Source of the DNA: Acidimicrobiales bacterium
GTDB lineage: Bacteria > Actinomycetota > Acidimicrobiia > Acidimicrobiales > RAAP-2
Assembly: GCA_049801955.1 (NCBI GenBank)
Contig: JBARLO010000056.1
Span: 6,307-70,306 of the forward strand
Length of the DNA stretch: 64,000 nucleotides
Direction of reading: 5' to 3'
The notes under the pieces are model-generated. The model was given only the letters and a program-made list of their open reading frames with translations, did no database searches and was not told where the DNA came from. The position numbers were made by a program, and so were the translations under genes. This document shows positions 43,835-55,466 of the stretch, piece by piece; within the stretch, counting starts at the first letter, position 1, and each line of letters starts with the position of its first letter.

Positions 43835-44984
43835 GTGCGGCTCAGCAGACGCTTTCGCAACGCCTCGTCGTGAGCGACCGCAATCACGGTGTTCGCCAAC
43901 GCTACGGCGCCGTCGATGACGGCCTGATCGGCGTCGGGCGTCGCGCTGGCGGTCGTGAACTCGGGCTGGTGATTGATCGCACCGTTCGTAGGGATCATGA
44001 GGAGCGGGTGGATGGAGGGAACCACGAGTGAGACGTTGGCCATGTCGGTTGAGAGCGTGGGTCGAGGGGCCTCTTCGTCGTCGAGGTGAAAGTCGCGACC
44101 GAGAGCTTCGGCCGAGCGGCGATAGTGAAGAAGGATGTCGGGGTCTGACTCCATATGGGAGAACTGGTGTCCGAGTTCGACGATCTCTAGGGACGCGCCG
44201 GTGGCGAGCGCGCCCGCCGCGAAGCAGGCGTCCACTCGTTCACGCAGTTCCCGAAGGCGCCCGGCCGTCGGGGCGCGCACCATGAAGCGTCCCACCGTCC
44301 GGCTGGGAATGATGTTGGCCGCCGACCCGCCCTCCAGCACCACGCCGTGGAACTGATCACCGGGACGCAGCTGCTGGCGCAACAGACCGAGCGCGGTCTG
44401 AGCGATGGTCAGTGCGTCGAGCGCATTGATCCCGAGCCACGGTGCGGCCGAGGCGTGCGCCTCCTTGCCCGTAAAGACCACGTCGAAGTGATCGACCGCG
44501 AGGCAGACCGCGTCGAGACGCTCACTGGGGAAGGGGTGCACCATGAGGGCCATGTGCTCGTCGTTGAAGTATCCGGCGTTAATGAGATCGATCTTGCCGC
44601 CGCCACCCTCCTCCGACGGCGTTCCCAACAGAGTGACGCGCACGTTGAGCTCGTCGGCGACGGCGCTGACACCGAGGAAGGCGCCGAGTGAGGAGGCGGC
44701 GATGATGTTGTGACCACAGGCGTGACCGACATCTGGCAGTGCGTCGTACTCGGCGCAGAACGTGACGTGCAGTTCGCCGCCTCCTGTGCTGGCTCGAAAG
44801 GCGGTGGGAAGTCCCGCGCTGTTGCGTTCGACCTCGAAGCCCCAGGCGTTGAGTTGATCGATCAACGCTGTGCTGGACTCGAACTCCGCGTAGCCGAGTT
44901 CGGGATGCTCGTGAATGAAGTGGCTGAGTGCCACCAGCTCATCGCGAGCACCCTCGATCGCGCTCGTCGAGCGCTCCTCGGGCG

Positions 44985-44988
<4 letters not shown>
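43831..44988 (-). CDS. M20 family amidohydrolase/peptidase
   Basis: HEHPELGYAEFES, ALPDVGHACGHN, GTPSEEGGGGK and HGKEAHASAAPWLGINA are M20D-type motifs. Confidence 0.85.
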
Positions 44989-46739
<1,751 letters not shown>

Positions 46740-46795
46740 GAATCCTCCGACCTGAGCCCGTTATTTTCTAGCATCCTTCACCAAAACCCTAATGT

Positions 46796-47545
46796 TTGAC
46801 CGTGGAACCCACGATCTGGCGCGTCGAGCACTTTGAAGAGATCGATTCGACGAATACCTACCTGAAGGGTCGAGCAGACGAAGCCGAAGGGCTGGTCGCC
46901 TTCGCCGACTTCCAGAGTGCGGGTCGGGGCCGACTCGATCGCTCGTGGGAGTCCCCGGCGCGCTCGTCGTTGCTGTGCTCACTGCTCTTTCGTTCCGCCC
47001 TCGATCCCACCGAACTTCAGCTGGTCGTCGCGCTGGTAGCCCTGAGTGCGCGCAGCGCCATCGAGCGACTGAGCGGACTGCGCGCCAGCCTCAAGTGGCC
47101 GAACGATCTGGTCGTGGGAGAGAACAAGTTGGCCGGGTTGCTGGCTGAAGTGGTGGCCGAGGGCGCCGAACTCGCCGTCGTCGTCGGGATCGGCGTGAAC
47201 CTCACGTACGAAGGTCCACAGGGCGCGCCCGCGACCTCCGTGCGGGCTGAGACGGGCCTCACGATCACCCCGCGGGCCCTGCTCGACATCCTGCTCGAGG
47301 AGATCGACACTCGCCGCTCTTTGCTCGAGAGCAAAAGTGGGCGTGCGGCGCTGCGCGCTGAGTACGTGAACGCGCTCGCCACTCTCGGTCAGTGGGTGCG
47401 CGTGGAGCAATCCGAAGGGGAGGTCTTTGGTCGGGCGCTCGGCGTCGACCCCCAGGGTCGCCTGCAGGTCGAGGTGGAGGGCGACGTGGCGGTCTTTGCC
47501 GTCGGCGACGTCGTACACGTGCGTGCCAGTGAAGTGCCCCAATGA
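46796..47545 (+). CDS. birA: biotin--[acetyl-CoA-carboxylase] ligase (group I, no HTH)
   Basis: QSAGRGRLDRSWESP (GRGRxGRxW motif) and KWPNDLVVGENKLAGLLAE. It is divergent from accA. Confidence 0.85.
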   Translation: MTVEPTIWRVEHFEEIDSTNTYLKGRADEAEGLVAFADFQSAGRGRLDRSWESPARSSLLCSLLFRSALDPTELQLVVALVALSARSAIERLSGLRASLKWPNDLVVGENKLAGLLAEVVAEGAELAVVVGIGVNLTYEGPQGAPATSVRAETGLTITPRALLDILLEEIDTRRSLLESKSGRAALRAEYVNALATLGQWVRVEQSEGEVFGRALGVDPQGRLQVEVEGDVAVFAVGDVVHVRASEVPQ

Positions 47546-48465
47546 GTTCGCCCACCCGCGTCCTGGTCACGGGCGCCGCCGGACAGGTCGGCCTCGACCT
47601 GATGGATGTCCTACGAGGTGCCACACCCGTAGGCGGCGACCCCTCGTTTCAACCCGATAGCCGAAACGTCGTGGCCGGCGAGTTCGAGCCGGTGGGTCTT
47701 TCTCGTGACGACCTTGACGTGAGCGACCGCGACGCGGTCGTGGCGACACTGCGCGAACTGACCCCCGACGTGATTGTGCACCTAGGCGCCTACACCGCGG
47801 TCGATCGCGCGGAGGGTGACTCGGACGCGTGCTTCGCCGTCAACGAACAGGGCACCCTCAACATGACCCTGGGTGCGCACGAGGTGGGCGCGCACCTGAT
47901 CACGATCTCCACCGACTACGTGTTCGACGGAAAGAAGGGGGAGGCCTACCTCGAATACGACGAGGCCCATCCCCTCAACGTCTACGGTGCCTCCAAGTTC
48001 GAAGGGGAGTTGCACTGCGCGAGCGACGACACCATCGTGCGCACCTCGTGGGTGATGGGCGTTCGGGGCAAGAGCGTCATCCACGTCATCGCCGAGCGAG
48101 CCCTCAGCGGTGAGACCGTGCGTTTCGTCGACGACCAGACGGGGACTGTCACGCTGGCGAGTGACCTGGCGCGATCTCTGGTGACGCTCGCGCGAGAGCG
48201 ACCCGGCGGAGTGTGGCACGTGGCCAACCCTGGTGCGACGACGTGGTTCGGTGTCGCGGCGTACGTGGGCGAGATTTTGAGTCGCGGCGAGGACTTTGCC
48301 ACGCCGATCTCGTCGAGTGAGCTCACGGGATCTCAGATCGCGGTTCGTCCCGAGCGAAGTGATCTCAATACGCACAAGTTCGCCTCGTCGTGGACCGCGT
48401 TACCCGCCTGGCGAGAGGGTGTCGCGCGCCTGATCGCCGATCGAAGTAGACCGGAGATCGCGTGA
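47542..48465 (+). CDS. rmlD: dTDP-4-dehydrorhamnose reductase
   Basis: VLVTGAAGQVG, AYTAVDRAE, STDYVFDG, and YGASKFEGE (the YxxxK motif). Confidence 0.9.
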   Translation: MSSPTRVLVTGAAGQVGLDLMDVLRGATPVGGDPSFQPDSRNVVAGEFEPVGLSRDDLDVSDRDAVVATLRELTPDVIVHLGAYTAVDRAEGDSDACFAVNEQGTLNMTLGAHEVGAHLITISTDYVFDGKKGEAYLEYDEAHPLNVYGASKFEGELHCASDDTIVRTSWVMGVRGKSVIHVIAERALSGETVRFVDDQTGTVTLASDLARSLVTLARERPGGVWHVANPGATTWFGVAAYVGEILSRGEDFATPISSSELTGSQIAVRPERSDLNTHKFASSWTALPAWREGVARLIADRSRPEIA

Positions 48466-49301
48466 GCGATGTGGAAAACGACGTGGTCGCGGTCGTGGTC
48501 GACTATCACGCCGATCAGTTTTTGATCGAGTGCGTCGACTCGCTCTTCGATAACGGTGTTTCCCAGGTCGTGGTCGTCGAAAACGGGGAGGTCGGTTCGG
48601 TGCCGGCGGCACTCTTGGACCACGACGTCGTGCTGGTCTCGCCCGGGGTCAATCTGGGCTACGGACGCGGCGTCAATCGGGGCGTGGCCGTCGCGCGTGC
48701 CACTCCTTACGTTCTCGTGTCCAACCCCGACGTCGTGGTCCACGACGGCGCGGTTGAGACACTGGTGTCGTACCTTGACCATCACCGCGAGGTTGCTTTG
48801 GTGGGACCCACCATTCTTCGACCCGACGGAACGGTCTATCCCTCCATGCGTGTATTTCCAAATCCGGTCCTCGCAGGGGTGCACGCGTTACTCGCCCCGG
48901 TGTGGCCCAACAACCCCGCGACGCGCCGTTATCGCTCCGCCCACGCCGACGGGCGCGTGGACTGGGTGTCGGGGGCGTTCTTCTTGGTCCGCCGTTCGGC
49001 CTTTGAAGAAGTGGGCGGATTCGACGAGCGTTACTTCATGTTCGCCGAGGAGATGGCCCTGTGCTGGGCGCTGCGTGAACACGGATACCAGATCGCCGCC
49101 GAAAGCAAGGCCGTGATCACTCACGTCGAAGGGGTGTCGCGCGCCCGGGTGCCGCGCGAGATGGTGATCGCACATCACCGCAGCGCGCTGCGTTTTGAGA
49201 TGCAAACCGCCCGCGGGTGGCGACGCCTCTTAATTCCTCTGGCGGCGGTGGTCTTGAGCCTGCGTCTCGCCCTGGTGCTGGCGACGAGACCGAAAACCTA
49301 A
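48462..49301 (+). CDS. family 2 glycosyltransferase (rhamnosyltransferase-like)
   Basis: VAVVVDYHA..., NLGYGRGVNRG, SNPDVVV, and GAFFLVRRSAFEEVGGFDERYFMFAEEMALCW. It is coupled to rmlD. Confidence 0.85.
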   Translation: MSDVENDVVAVVVDYHADQFLIECVDSLFDNGVSQVVVVENGEVGSVPAALLDHDVVLVSPGVNLGYGRGVNRGVAVARATPYVLVSNPDVVVHDGAVETLVSYLDHHREVALVGPTILRPDGTVYPSMRVFPNPVLAGVHALLAPVWPNNPATRRYRSAHADGRVDWVSGAFFLVRRSAFEEVGGFDERYFMFAEEMALCWALREHGYQIAAESKAVITHVEGVSRARVPREMVIAHHRSALRFEMQTARGWRRLLIPLAAVVLSLRLALVLATRPKT

Positions 49302-49552
49302 GAATTGGTCCTAGAGTGGTCGGTCAGGGCTGCGGGTGGTCTGTGGTTGAAAGTCGATGCCAGTCGCGGGCGAAACGACCCACGTAAGGCGTCCTTTGGG
49401 ACGCTGAGCATGGCGCGGTTTAGAAGTAAGTCCTACGTCTCGCTGGTCGCGGTGACCAGAGAACGAGGCGCAGGCGAGTGTGGGGTCAAAGACCAGGTCA
49501 GCACGCGCAGCCCTCCTAATCACAACCCGGGACCGGTAGGGTAAAGCACGAT

Positions 49553-52237
49553 ATGAGCGTTTTTCAGAAGATGTTGCGGGCGGGCGAGGGCAAGCGCGTA
49601 CGCGAGCTAGCCGGACTGGTCGGGCCGATCAACGACCTGGCTGAAGAGATGGCCGTGCTCAGCGACGAGGAACTCAAGGCCAAGACCCCCGAGTTCCGCG
49701 AACGCCTGGCCGCGGGAGAGACCCTGGACGACCTGCTCATCGAGGCCTTCGCGGTGGTGCGCGAAGCCGCCACGCGCGTACTCGGCCAGCGCCCCTACGA
49801 CGTCCAGCTCATGGGGGGCATGGCCCTGCACTTTGGGTGGATCGCCGAAATGAAGACTGGTGAGGGTAAGACCCTGGTGTCGACCCTGCCCGTGTACCTC
49901 AACGCGCTCGCCGGTGAGGGCGTGCACGTGGTGACCGTGAACGACTACCTGGCCACGCGTGACGCGAGGTGGATGGGCGAACTGCACCGTTGGCTGGGGA
50001 TCACTGTGGGACGGGTCGGGCCCGACCTGCCCGACTTCGAGTCCAAGCGCGAGGCCTACGCCGCCGACGTCACGTACGGCACGAATACCGAGTTCGGCTT
50101 CGACTACTTGCGCGACAACATGGCGCGGCGCAGTGAGCACATGGTCCAGCGCGGTCACCACTACGCCATTGTCGACGAGGTCGACTCGATTCTGATCGAC
50201 GAAGCGCGCACCCCTCTGATCATCTCGGGTCCCGCCTCGGACGTCACCAAGCTCTACTACCAGTTCGCCTCGATCGCTCGCTCACTCACCCGCGACCTCG
50301 ACTACGAGGTGGACGAAGAGAAGAAGACGGTGGTCCCGACCGAGGCCGGTATCGAAAAGGTCGAAAAGCAACTCGGCGTCACCAACCTCTACGACGCGGT
50401 CGCGACGAACTACGTGCATCAGTTGGGCCAGGCGCTGCGCGCCAAGGAGCTCTTCCACCGCGACAAGGACTACCTGGTGGACGCGGGCGAGGTGAAGATC
50501 GTTGATGAGTTCACCGGTCGCACGCTGGAGGGGCGCCGGTGGAGCGACGGACTGCACCAGGCCGTTGAGGCCAAGGAGCGCGTGCGCATCCAAGAGGAGA
50601 ACCACACCTGGGCGACGGTGACCCTGCAGAACTACTTCCGCCTCTATGAGAAGTTGGCCGGCATGACCGGTACGGCCGAGACGGAGGCGGCCGAGTTCGG
50701 CAACACGTACGGGCTGTCGGTGGTGCCGATCCCCACGAATCAGCCGGCCATCCGCGACGACAAGCCCGACATGATCTACAAGACCGAAGAGGCCAAGTTC
50801 GCCGCCATCGTCGAGGACGTGCATGAGCGCCGCGACACTGGTCAGCCGGTTCTGCTAGGTACTGCCTCGGTCGAAAAGTCCGAGTTGCTCTCGCGCGAAC
50901 TCTCCAAGGCCGGCATTGCCCACGAGGTCTTGAACGCCAAGCAGCACTTCCGTGAAGCCGAGATCGTGGCCCAGGCCGGGCGCAAGGGTGCGGTCACCGT
51001 GGCGACCAACATGGCCGGTCGCGGCGTCGACGTCATCCTCGGCGGCAACTTCGAGGGCCTGGCCGCGCGTGACGTGCTGGCCCAGGGCCTCACCCCGGAC
51101 ACCCCGGAGTACGACGAAGCGTACGAGAAGTCCCTCGCCAAGTGGAAGCCGATCACCGAGTCCGAAGGCAACGACGTTCGCGAGGCCGGGGGGCTCTACG
51201 TGCTCGGCACCGAGCGCCACGACTCGCGGCGCATTGACAATCAGTTACGCGGTCGTTCCGGGCGCCAGGGTGACCCCGGAGAGAGTCGTTTCTACCTATC
51301 TCTCGAAGACGAGTTGCTACGTCTCTTCGCCACCGGGGCCGTGTCCTGGGTGATGGATCGCGCCATGCCCGAAGACGAAGCCATCGAGGCCAAGATGGTC
51401 TCGCGCGCGATCGAGCGCGCCCAGAACACCGTCGAGGCCCGCAACGCGGAGATCCGCAAAGACGTGCTCAAGTACGACGAAGTGATGAACGAGCAGCGCA
51501 AGGTCATCTACAAGCGCCGCCAACAGGTGATCGACGGCGAAGACATTCACGATGCGACGATCCAACTGATCGAGGAGCGTATGGCCGACGTCGTGGCCTC
51601 GCACGTGGGCGTGGGCTACGCCGAAGAGTGGGACTTCAACGCACTCGCCCTGGACCTGCAGGCCAACTACCCCTCGGACCTGAGTGTGGAGGTGCTGCGC
51701 GAGTACAGCGACGCCGAGGACATCGGTGCGCTCGTGGTCGATGACGCGGTGGGCAAGTACGAGAAGAAGGCCGAGGACTTCCCGGGTGGCCTCGATACGG
51801 CCAAGGAGATCGAGCGCGACGTGATGCTCCAGATCCTCGACCAGCGCTGGCGCGATCACCTCTCGGAGATGGACTACCTGCGTGACGGCATCCACTTGCG
51901 CCAGACCGCTCAGCAAGACCCTCTCAACGCGTGGCAGAAGGAGGGGTACTTGATGTTCGAGCACCTCCTAGAGGCGGTCGACGCGGACTACGTGCGCTAC
52001 ATCACCCACGTCGAGGCGACCGCGGCGATCGAGGAGAGCGCCGTCGAGGACGAGGGTCTCACGGGTGCTCTCACCAACGCCAACCAAGTTGCTCCGGGCG
52101 CGACGGAACTGCCCGCACACTCCAGTGCCGGTCCGAGCGCGCCGCCCGCGGCGACTCCGCACGAGAAACTCGGCCGCAACGATCCCTGCTGGTGCGGCTC
52201 GAAGCGCAAGTTCAAGCAGTGCCATGGCCGACCCTAA
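49553..52237 (+). CDS. secA: preprotein translocase ATPase SecA
   Basis: 894 aa. Motifs include MKTGEGKTLV, the DEAD-like VDEVDSILIDEARTPLIISG, TNMAGRGVDI, and a C-terminal zinc motif CWCGSKRKFKQCHG. Confidence 0.97.
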   Translation: MSVFQKMLRAGEGKRVRELAGLVGPINDLAEEMAVLSDEELKAKTPEFRERLAAGETLDDLLIEAFAVVREAATRVLGQRPYDVQLMGGMALHFGWIAEMKTGEGKTLVSTLPVYLNALAGEGVHVVTVNDYLATRDARWMGELHRWLGITVGRVGPDLPDFESKREAYAADVTYGTNTEFGFDYLRDNMARRSEHMVQRGHHYAIVDEVDSILIDEARTPLIISGPASDVTKLYYQFASIARSLTRDLDYEVDEEKKTVVPTEAGIEKVEKQLGVTNLYDAVATNYVHQLGQALRAKELFHRDKDYLVDAGEVKIVDEFTGRTLEGRRWSDGLHQAVEAKERVRIQEENHTWATVTLQNYFRLYEKLAGMTGTAETEAAEFGNTYGLSVVPIPTNQPAIRDDKPDMIYKTEEAKFAAIVEDVHERRDTGQPVLLGTASVEKSELLSRELSKAGIAHEVLNAKQHFREAEIVAQAGRKGAVTVATNMAGRGVDVILGGNFEGLAARDVLAQGLTPDTPEYDEAYEKSLAKWKPITESEGNDVREAGGLYVLGTERHDSRRIDNQLRGRSGRQGDPGESRFYLSLEDELLRLFATGAVSWVMDRAMPEDEAIEAKMVSRAIERAQNTVEARNAEIRKDVLKYDEVMNEQRKVIYKRRQQVIDGEDIHDATIQLIEERMADVVASHVGVGYAEEWDFNALALDLQANYPSDLSVEVLREYSDAEDIGALVVDDAVGKYEKKAEDFPGGLDTAKEIERDVMLQILDQRWRDHLSEMDYLRDGIHLRQTAQQDPLNAWQKEGYLMFEHLLEAVDADYVRYITHVEATAAIEESAVEDEGLTGALTNANQVAPGATELPAHSSAGPSAPPAATPHEKLGRNDPCWCGSKRKFKQCHGRP

Positions 52238-53369
52238 GGCAGAAAACGCCCTTCGCCTCGCCCTGGCCGCGATCGACGAACTCGAGTCTCGTTGGGAGGC
52301 GGCGCGCGAGTACCTCAAGATGGACGCGAATCGCGCGCGCCACGCGCTCCTCAGCGAGCTCGCCGCCGATCCCAACCTGTGGGACGACCAAGACCACGCG
52401 CGCGAGGTCACGACCGAGCTGGGTCGACTCGCCAACGACCTCGACTCCTTTGACGCGTTGCGCCGCGAGCTCGACGACGCGGTGGTCTTAGCCGAGTTCG
52501 CTCGCGAGTCGCTCGACGCGGGCGAACCCGATCGCGCGACGTTCGACGAACTCGCCGAGGCCGTCGACGCGCTCCAGCGCGATATCGCAGCCCTCGAGGT
52601 GCAAAGTCTCTTCAGCGGTCCCTACGACGAGAACGCGGCGATCGTCGACCTGCACGCCGGAGCCGGCGGCACCGACGCCCAAGACTGGACCGAGATGCTG
52701 TTGCGTATGTACTCGCGTTGGGCCGAGCGCCGCGGGTTCGGCGTCGAGATCGACGAAGCGACTGAAGGCACCGAGGCGGGACTCCTCTCGGCCACGTTCA
52801 TCGTGACCGGACGATTCGCCTACGGCTGGCTGTCGGCCGAGCGCGGCGTGCATCGACTCGTGCGCATCAGTCCCTTCGACTCCCAGGCACGTCGTCAGAC
52901 GAGCTTCGCGAGCCTGGACGTCACGCCGCTGCTGGACGATAGCGCGGGCGAGGTGGAGATCGATGAGAAGGACCTGCGCATCGATACGTTTCGATCCTCC
53001 GGTGCGGGCGGACAGCACATCAATAAGACCGATTCGGCCATTCGCATCACGCACTTGCCCACCGGCATCGTGGTCTCGTGCCAGAACGAGCGGTCCCAGC
53101 ACCAAAACAAGGCGCGCGCCCTGCAGATTCTCGAGGCCAAACTCTCCGAACGGGCCCGCGCGCAGCGCCAGGCGGAGATGGACGCCCTCAGTGGGGTGCG
53201 TTCGGACAACGCGTGGGGTTCGCAGATCCGCAGTTACGTCCAGGCTCCCTACCAACTCGTCAAGGACCACCGCAGCGACCACGAGACGGGAAACGTCGAC
53301 GCGGTCCTCGATGGCGACCTCGACGCGTTTATGGAGGCTGAACTGCGTCGACAGAGATCAGCGTCGTAA
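52224..53369 (+). CDS. prfB: peptide chain release factor 2
   Basis: SPF tripeptide (RISPFDS) and GGQ motif (SSGAGGQHINK). It is a single uninterrupted ORF from ATG 52224 and overlaps the secA end by 14 nt. Confidence 0.93.
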   Translation: MADPKAENALRLALAAIDELESRWEAAREYLKMDANRARHALLSELAADPNLWDDQDHAREVTTELGRLANDLDSFDALRRELDDAVVLAEFARESLDAGEPDRATFDELAEAVDALQRDIAALEVQSLFSGPYDENAAIVDLHAGAGGTDAQDWTEMLLRMYSRWAERRGFGVEIDEATEGTEAGLLSATFIVTGRFAYGWLSAERGVHRLVRISPFDSQARRQTSFASLDVTPLLDDSAGEVEIDEKDLRIDTFRSSGAGGQHINKTDSAIRITHLPTGIVVSCQNERSQHQNKARALQILEAKLSERARAQRQAEMDALSGVRSDNAWGSQIRSYVQAPYQLVKDHRSDHETGNVDAVLDGDLDAFMEAELRRQRSAS

Positions 53370-53496
53370 AAATCGCTGATCCGTTCAATTACTGGAGAGT
53401 GATGGATCAAGTGGACGAAGTTGCCTCAGTAGAATGAACCTGTCACTGTGCCCGAACAACTGCACAACTCGCCGATGAAACCAAGGGTGTGAAACC

Positions 53497-54195
53497 GTGA
53501 TTCGATTCGAAAACGTCTCTAAGACATACAAGAACGGCACCTCGGCGCTCAAGGACATCTCCCTCGACATCGAAAAGGGTGAGTTCGTTTTTCTCGTCGG
53601 GGCGTCCGGATCCGGTAAGACGACGTTTCTGCGACTCCTACTTCGTGAAGAGCACCCCGACCGGGGCCGTATCCTCGAGGCGGGACGCGACATCGGCGAT
53701 CTGCCGAAATGGCGCGTGCCCTACCTTCGCCGCAACATCGGCTGCATCTTCCAGGACTTTCGCCTCCTCCCGAACAAGACGGTCTTTGAGAACGTGGCCT
53801 TCGCCCTCGAAGTGATTGGCCGCCCGCGCTCCACCGTGGAGTCCCAGGTTCCCCAGATTCTCGAACTCGTCGGTCTCACTGACAAAGCGAAGAACCGCCC
53901 CCACGAACTCTCAGGTGGCGAGCAGCAGCGTGTCGCGGTCGCTCGCGCCTTCGTGAACCGACCGCTCATTCTTCTGGCCGATGAACCAACCGGCAACCTC
54001 GACCCCTCGAACTCCGAATCGATCATGGCCCTGCTCGAGCGGATCAACCGTACGGGCACCACGGTCGTCATGGCGACGCACGACAAGGCGCTGGTTGACC
54101 GCATGCGGCGGCGCGTGATCGAACTCGACCGGGGCGAGATGATTCGCGACCAGGTCCGTGGGGTGTACGGCATCGACGAGAGTGTGGCCATTTAA
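53497..54195 (+). CDS. ftsE: cell division ATP-binding protein FtsE
   Basis: [45 protein letters not shown]. It is followed by ftsX with a TAATG overlap. Confidence 0.93.
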   Translation: MIRFENVSKTYKNGTSALKDISLDIEKGEFVFLVGASGSGKTTFLRLLLREEHPDRGRILEAGRDIGDLPKWRVPYLRRNIGCIFQDFRLLPNKTVFENVAFALEVIGRPRSTVESQVPQILELVGLTDKAKNRPHELSGGEQQRVAVARAFVNRPLILLADEPTGNLDPSNSESIMALLERINRTGTTVVMATHDKALVDRMRRRVIELDRGEMIRDQVRGVYGIDESVAI

Positions 54196-55049
54196 TGGGC
54201 GTCTATTTCGTCTACGCCATTCGAGAGACGCTGGGCAATCTGTGGCGCAATCGCATGATGACGATTGCGGCGGTTTTGACCGTGGCGGTGTCGCTCTCCC
54301 TGGTGGGAGGGGCGCTCCTGCTTAAGCAGAGTGCGGCCCAGGCCTCGGTCGACTGGCAAGAAGGCACGCGGGTCACCGTGTGGATTGCGGCTGACTCGAC
54401 GCCGAGTGAGGTCGGCGCGATTGGCACCCAGCTCAAGTCCATGGACATCGTGAAGAACTGCAAGTTCTTCTCCCAAGCCCAGGACTACAAGCAGGCGACG
54501 CAGATTTTGGATCGCGCGATGTCCCAGGTACTCACCGTGAGTTCGGTGCCGTCGTCGTATCAGTGCACGCCGGTGGTGCCGTCGGACACCTATACCGTCG
54601 AGCAGACCTTTACGAACCAGGCTCACATCTATGCGGTCACCGGGCCGAACCAAGAGATTCGCTCGATGAACCACGTGATTCGCGTGTTACAGATCGTGTT
54701 CTTGGCCTTGGCGGCGGTGTTGTTGTTGAGTGCGCTAGTCCTCATCCTCAACACGATCCGTATGGCCATCTTCTCGCGTCGACGCGAGGTGTCCGTCATG
54801 AAACTGGTGGGGGCGACCAACTGGTTCATTCGGGTGCCCTACATCACCGAAGGCTTCATCCAGGGCCTCTTGGGCTCGGCGGTTGCGATCGGCTTGGTGA
54901 GTTTGGCCAAGGTGTTCTATCCGCTGCACAACGAGTTCGCGCTGAACTCGTCGGCACTCCTCGGTACCAACCTCGTCGTCTTGATTGTGGGCGTGCTGAT
55001 CGGCTCGGTGGGATCGGGAATCGCCATCCGCCGCTTCCTCGACGTTTAG
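54195..55049 (+). CDS. ftsX: cell division permease-like protein FtsX
   Basis: The N-terminus is RETLGNLWRNRMMTIAAVLTVAVSL. It has a periplasmic domain and three C-terminal TM segments containing REVSVMKLVGATNWFIRVPYITEG. Confidence 0.85.
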   Translation: MGVYFVYAIRETLGNLWRNRMMTIAAVLTVAVSLSLVGGALLLKQSAAQASVDWQEGTRVTVWIAADSTPSEVGAIGTQLKSMDIVKNCKFFSQAQDYKQATQILDRAMSQVLTVSSVPSSYQCTPVVPSDTYTVEQTFTNQAHIYAVTGPNQEIRSMNHVIRVLQIVFLALAAVLLLSALVLILNTIRMAIFSRRREVSVMKLVGATNWFIRVPYITEGFIQGLLGSAVAIGLVSLAKVFYPLHNEFALNSSALLGTNLVVLIVGVLIGSVGSGIAIRRFLDV

Positions 55050-55444
55050 TCCGGGACCTCGTCGAAGTCGAGGGCGAGGGAGTTCACGCAGTAGCGCAGT
55101 CCGCTCGGGGTCGGTCCGTCGCTAAAGACGTGTCCGAGGTGACCGCCGCACTGGGCGCAAAGGACCTCGGTTCGTTCGCGAAAGAGTGAGCGGTCAGTTC
55201 GCTCGACGATGGTGCCGGGCTCACAGGAGTCAAAACTCGGCCACCCGCACCCCGAGTCGAACTTTTGCGCGCTGGTAAAGAGCACCTGCTGGCATCCGCC
55301 GCAGCGAAAGACGCCCTCGGCGTCCACGTGGAGTAATGAGCCGCTGAATGGCGCCTCCGTGGAGGCCTTGCGCAGCACGGCGTAGCGATCGGGCGAGAGC
55401 TGCTCGCGCCACTCGCCTTCGCTCTTGTCGCCGTCGAAAGTCAC
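55046..55444 (-). CDS. msrB: peptide-methionine (R)-S-oxide reductase
   Basis: Zinc cysteines at CGGCQQ and CAQCGGHLGHVF; catalytic GLRYCVNS. Confidence 0.9.
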   Translation of the reverse strand: MTFDGDKSEGEWREQLSPDRYAVLRKASTEAPFSGSLLHVDAEGVFRCGGCQQVLFTSAQKFDSGCGWPSFDSCEPGTIVERTDRSLFRERTEVLCAQCGGHLGHVFSDGPTPSGLRYCVNSLALDFDEVPD

Positions 55445-55466
55445 CTAGAAAGTGTACGAGTGACGC

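Noticed and set aside
52065-52237. Possible programmed +1 frameshift in prfB and the long N-terminal extension of the tracked ORF
   Set aside because: RF2 reads as one uninterrupted ORF from ATG 52224 (MADPKAEN...), with no in-frame TGA near codon 25. The upstream part of the tracked ORF is simply the secA 3' end read in another frame.
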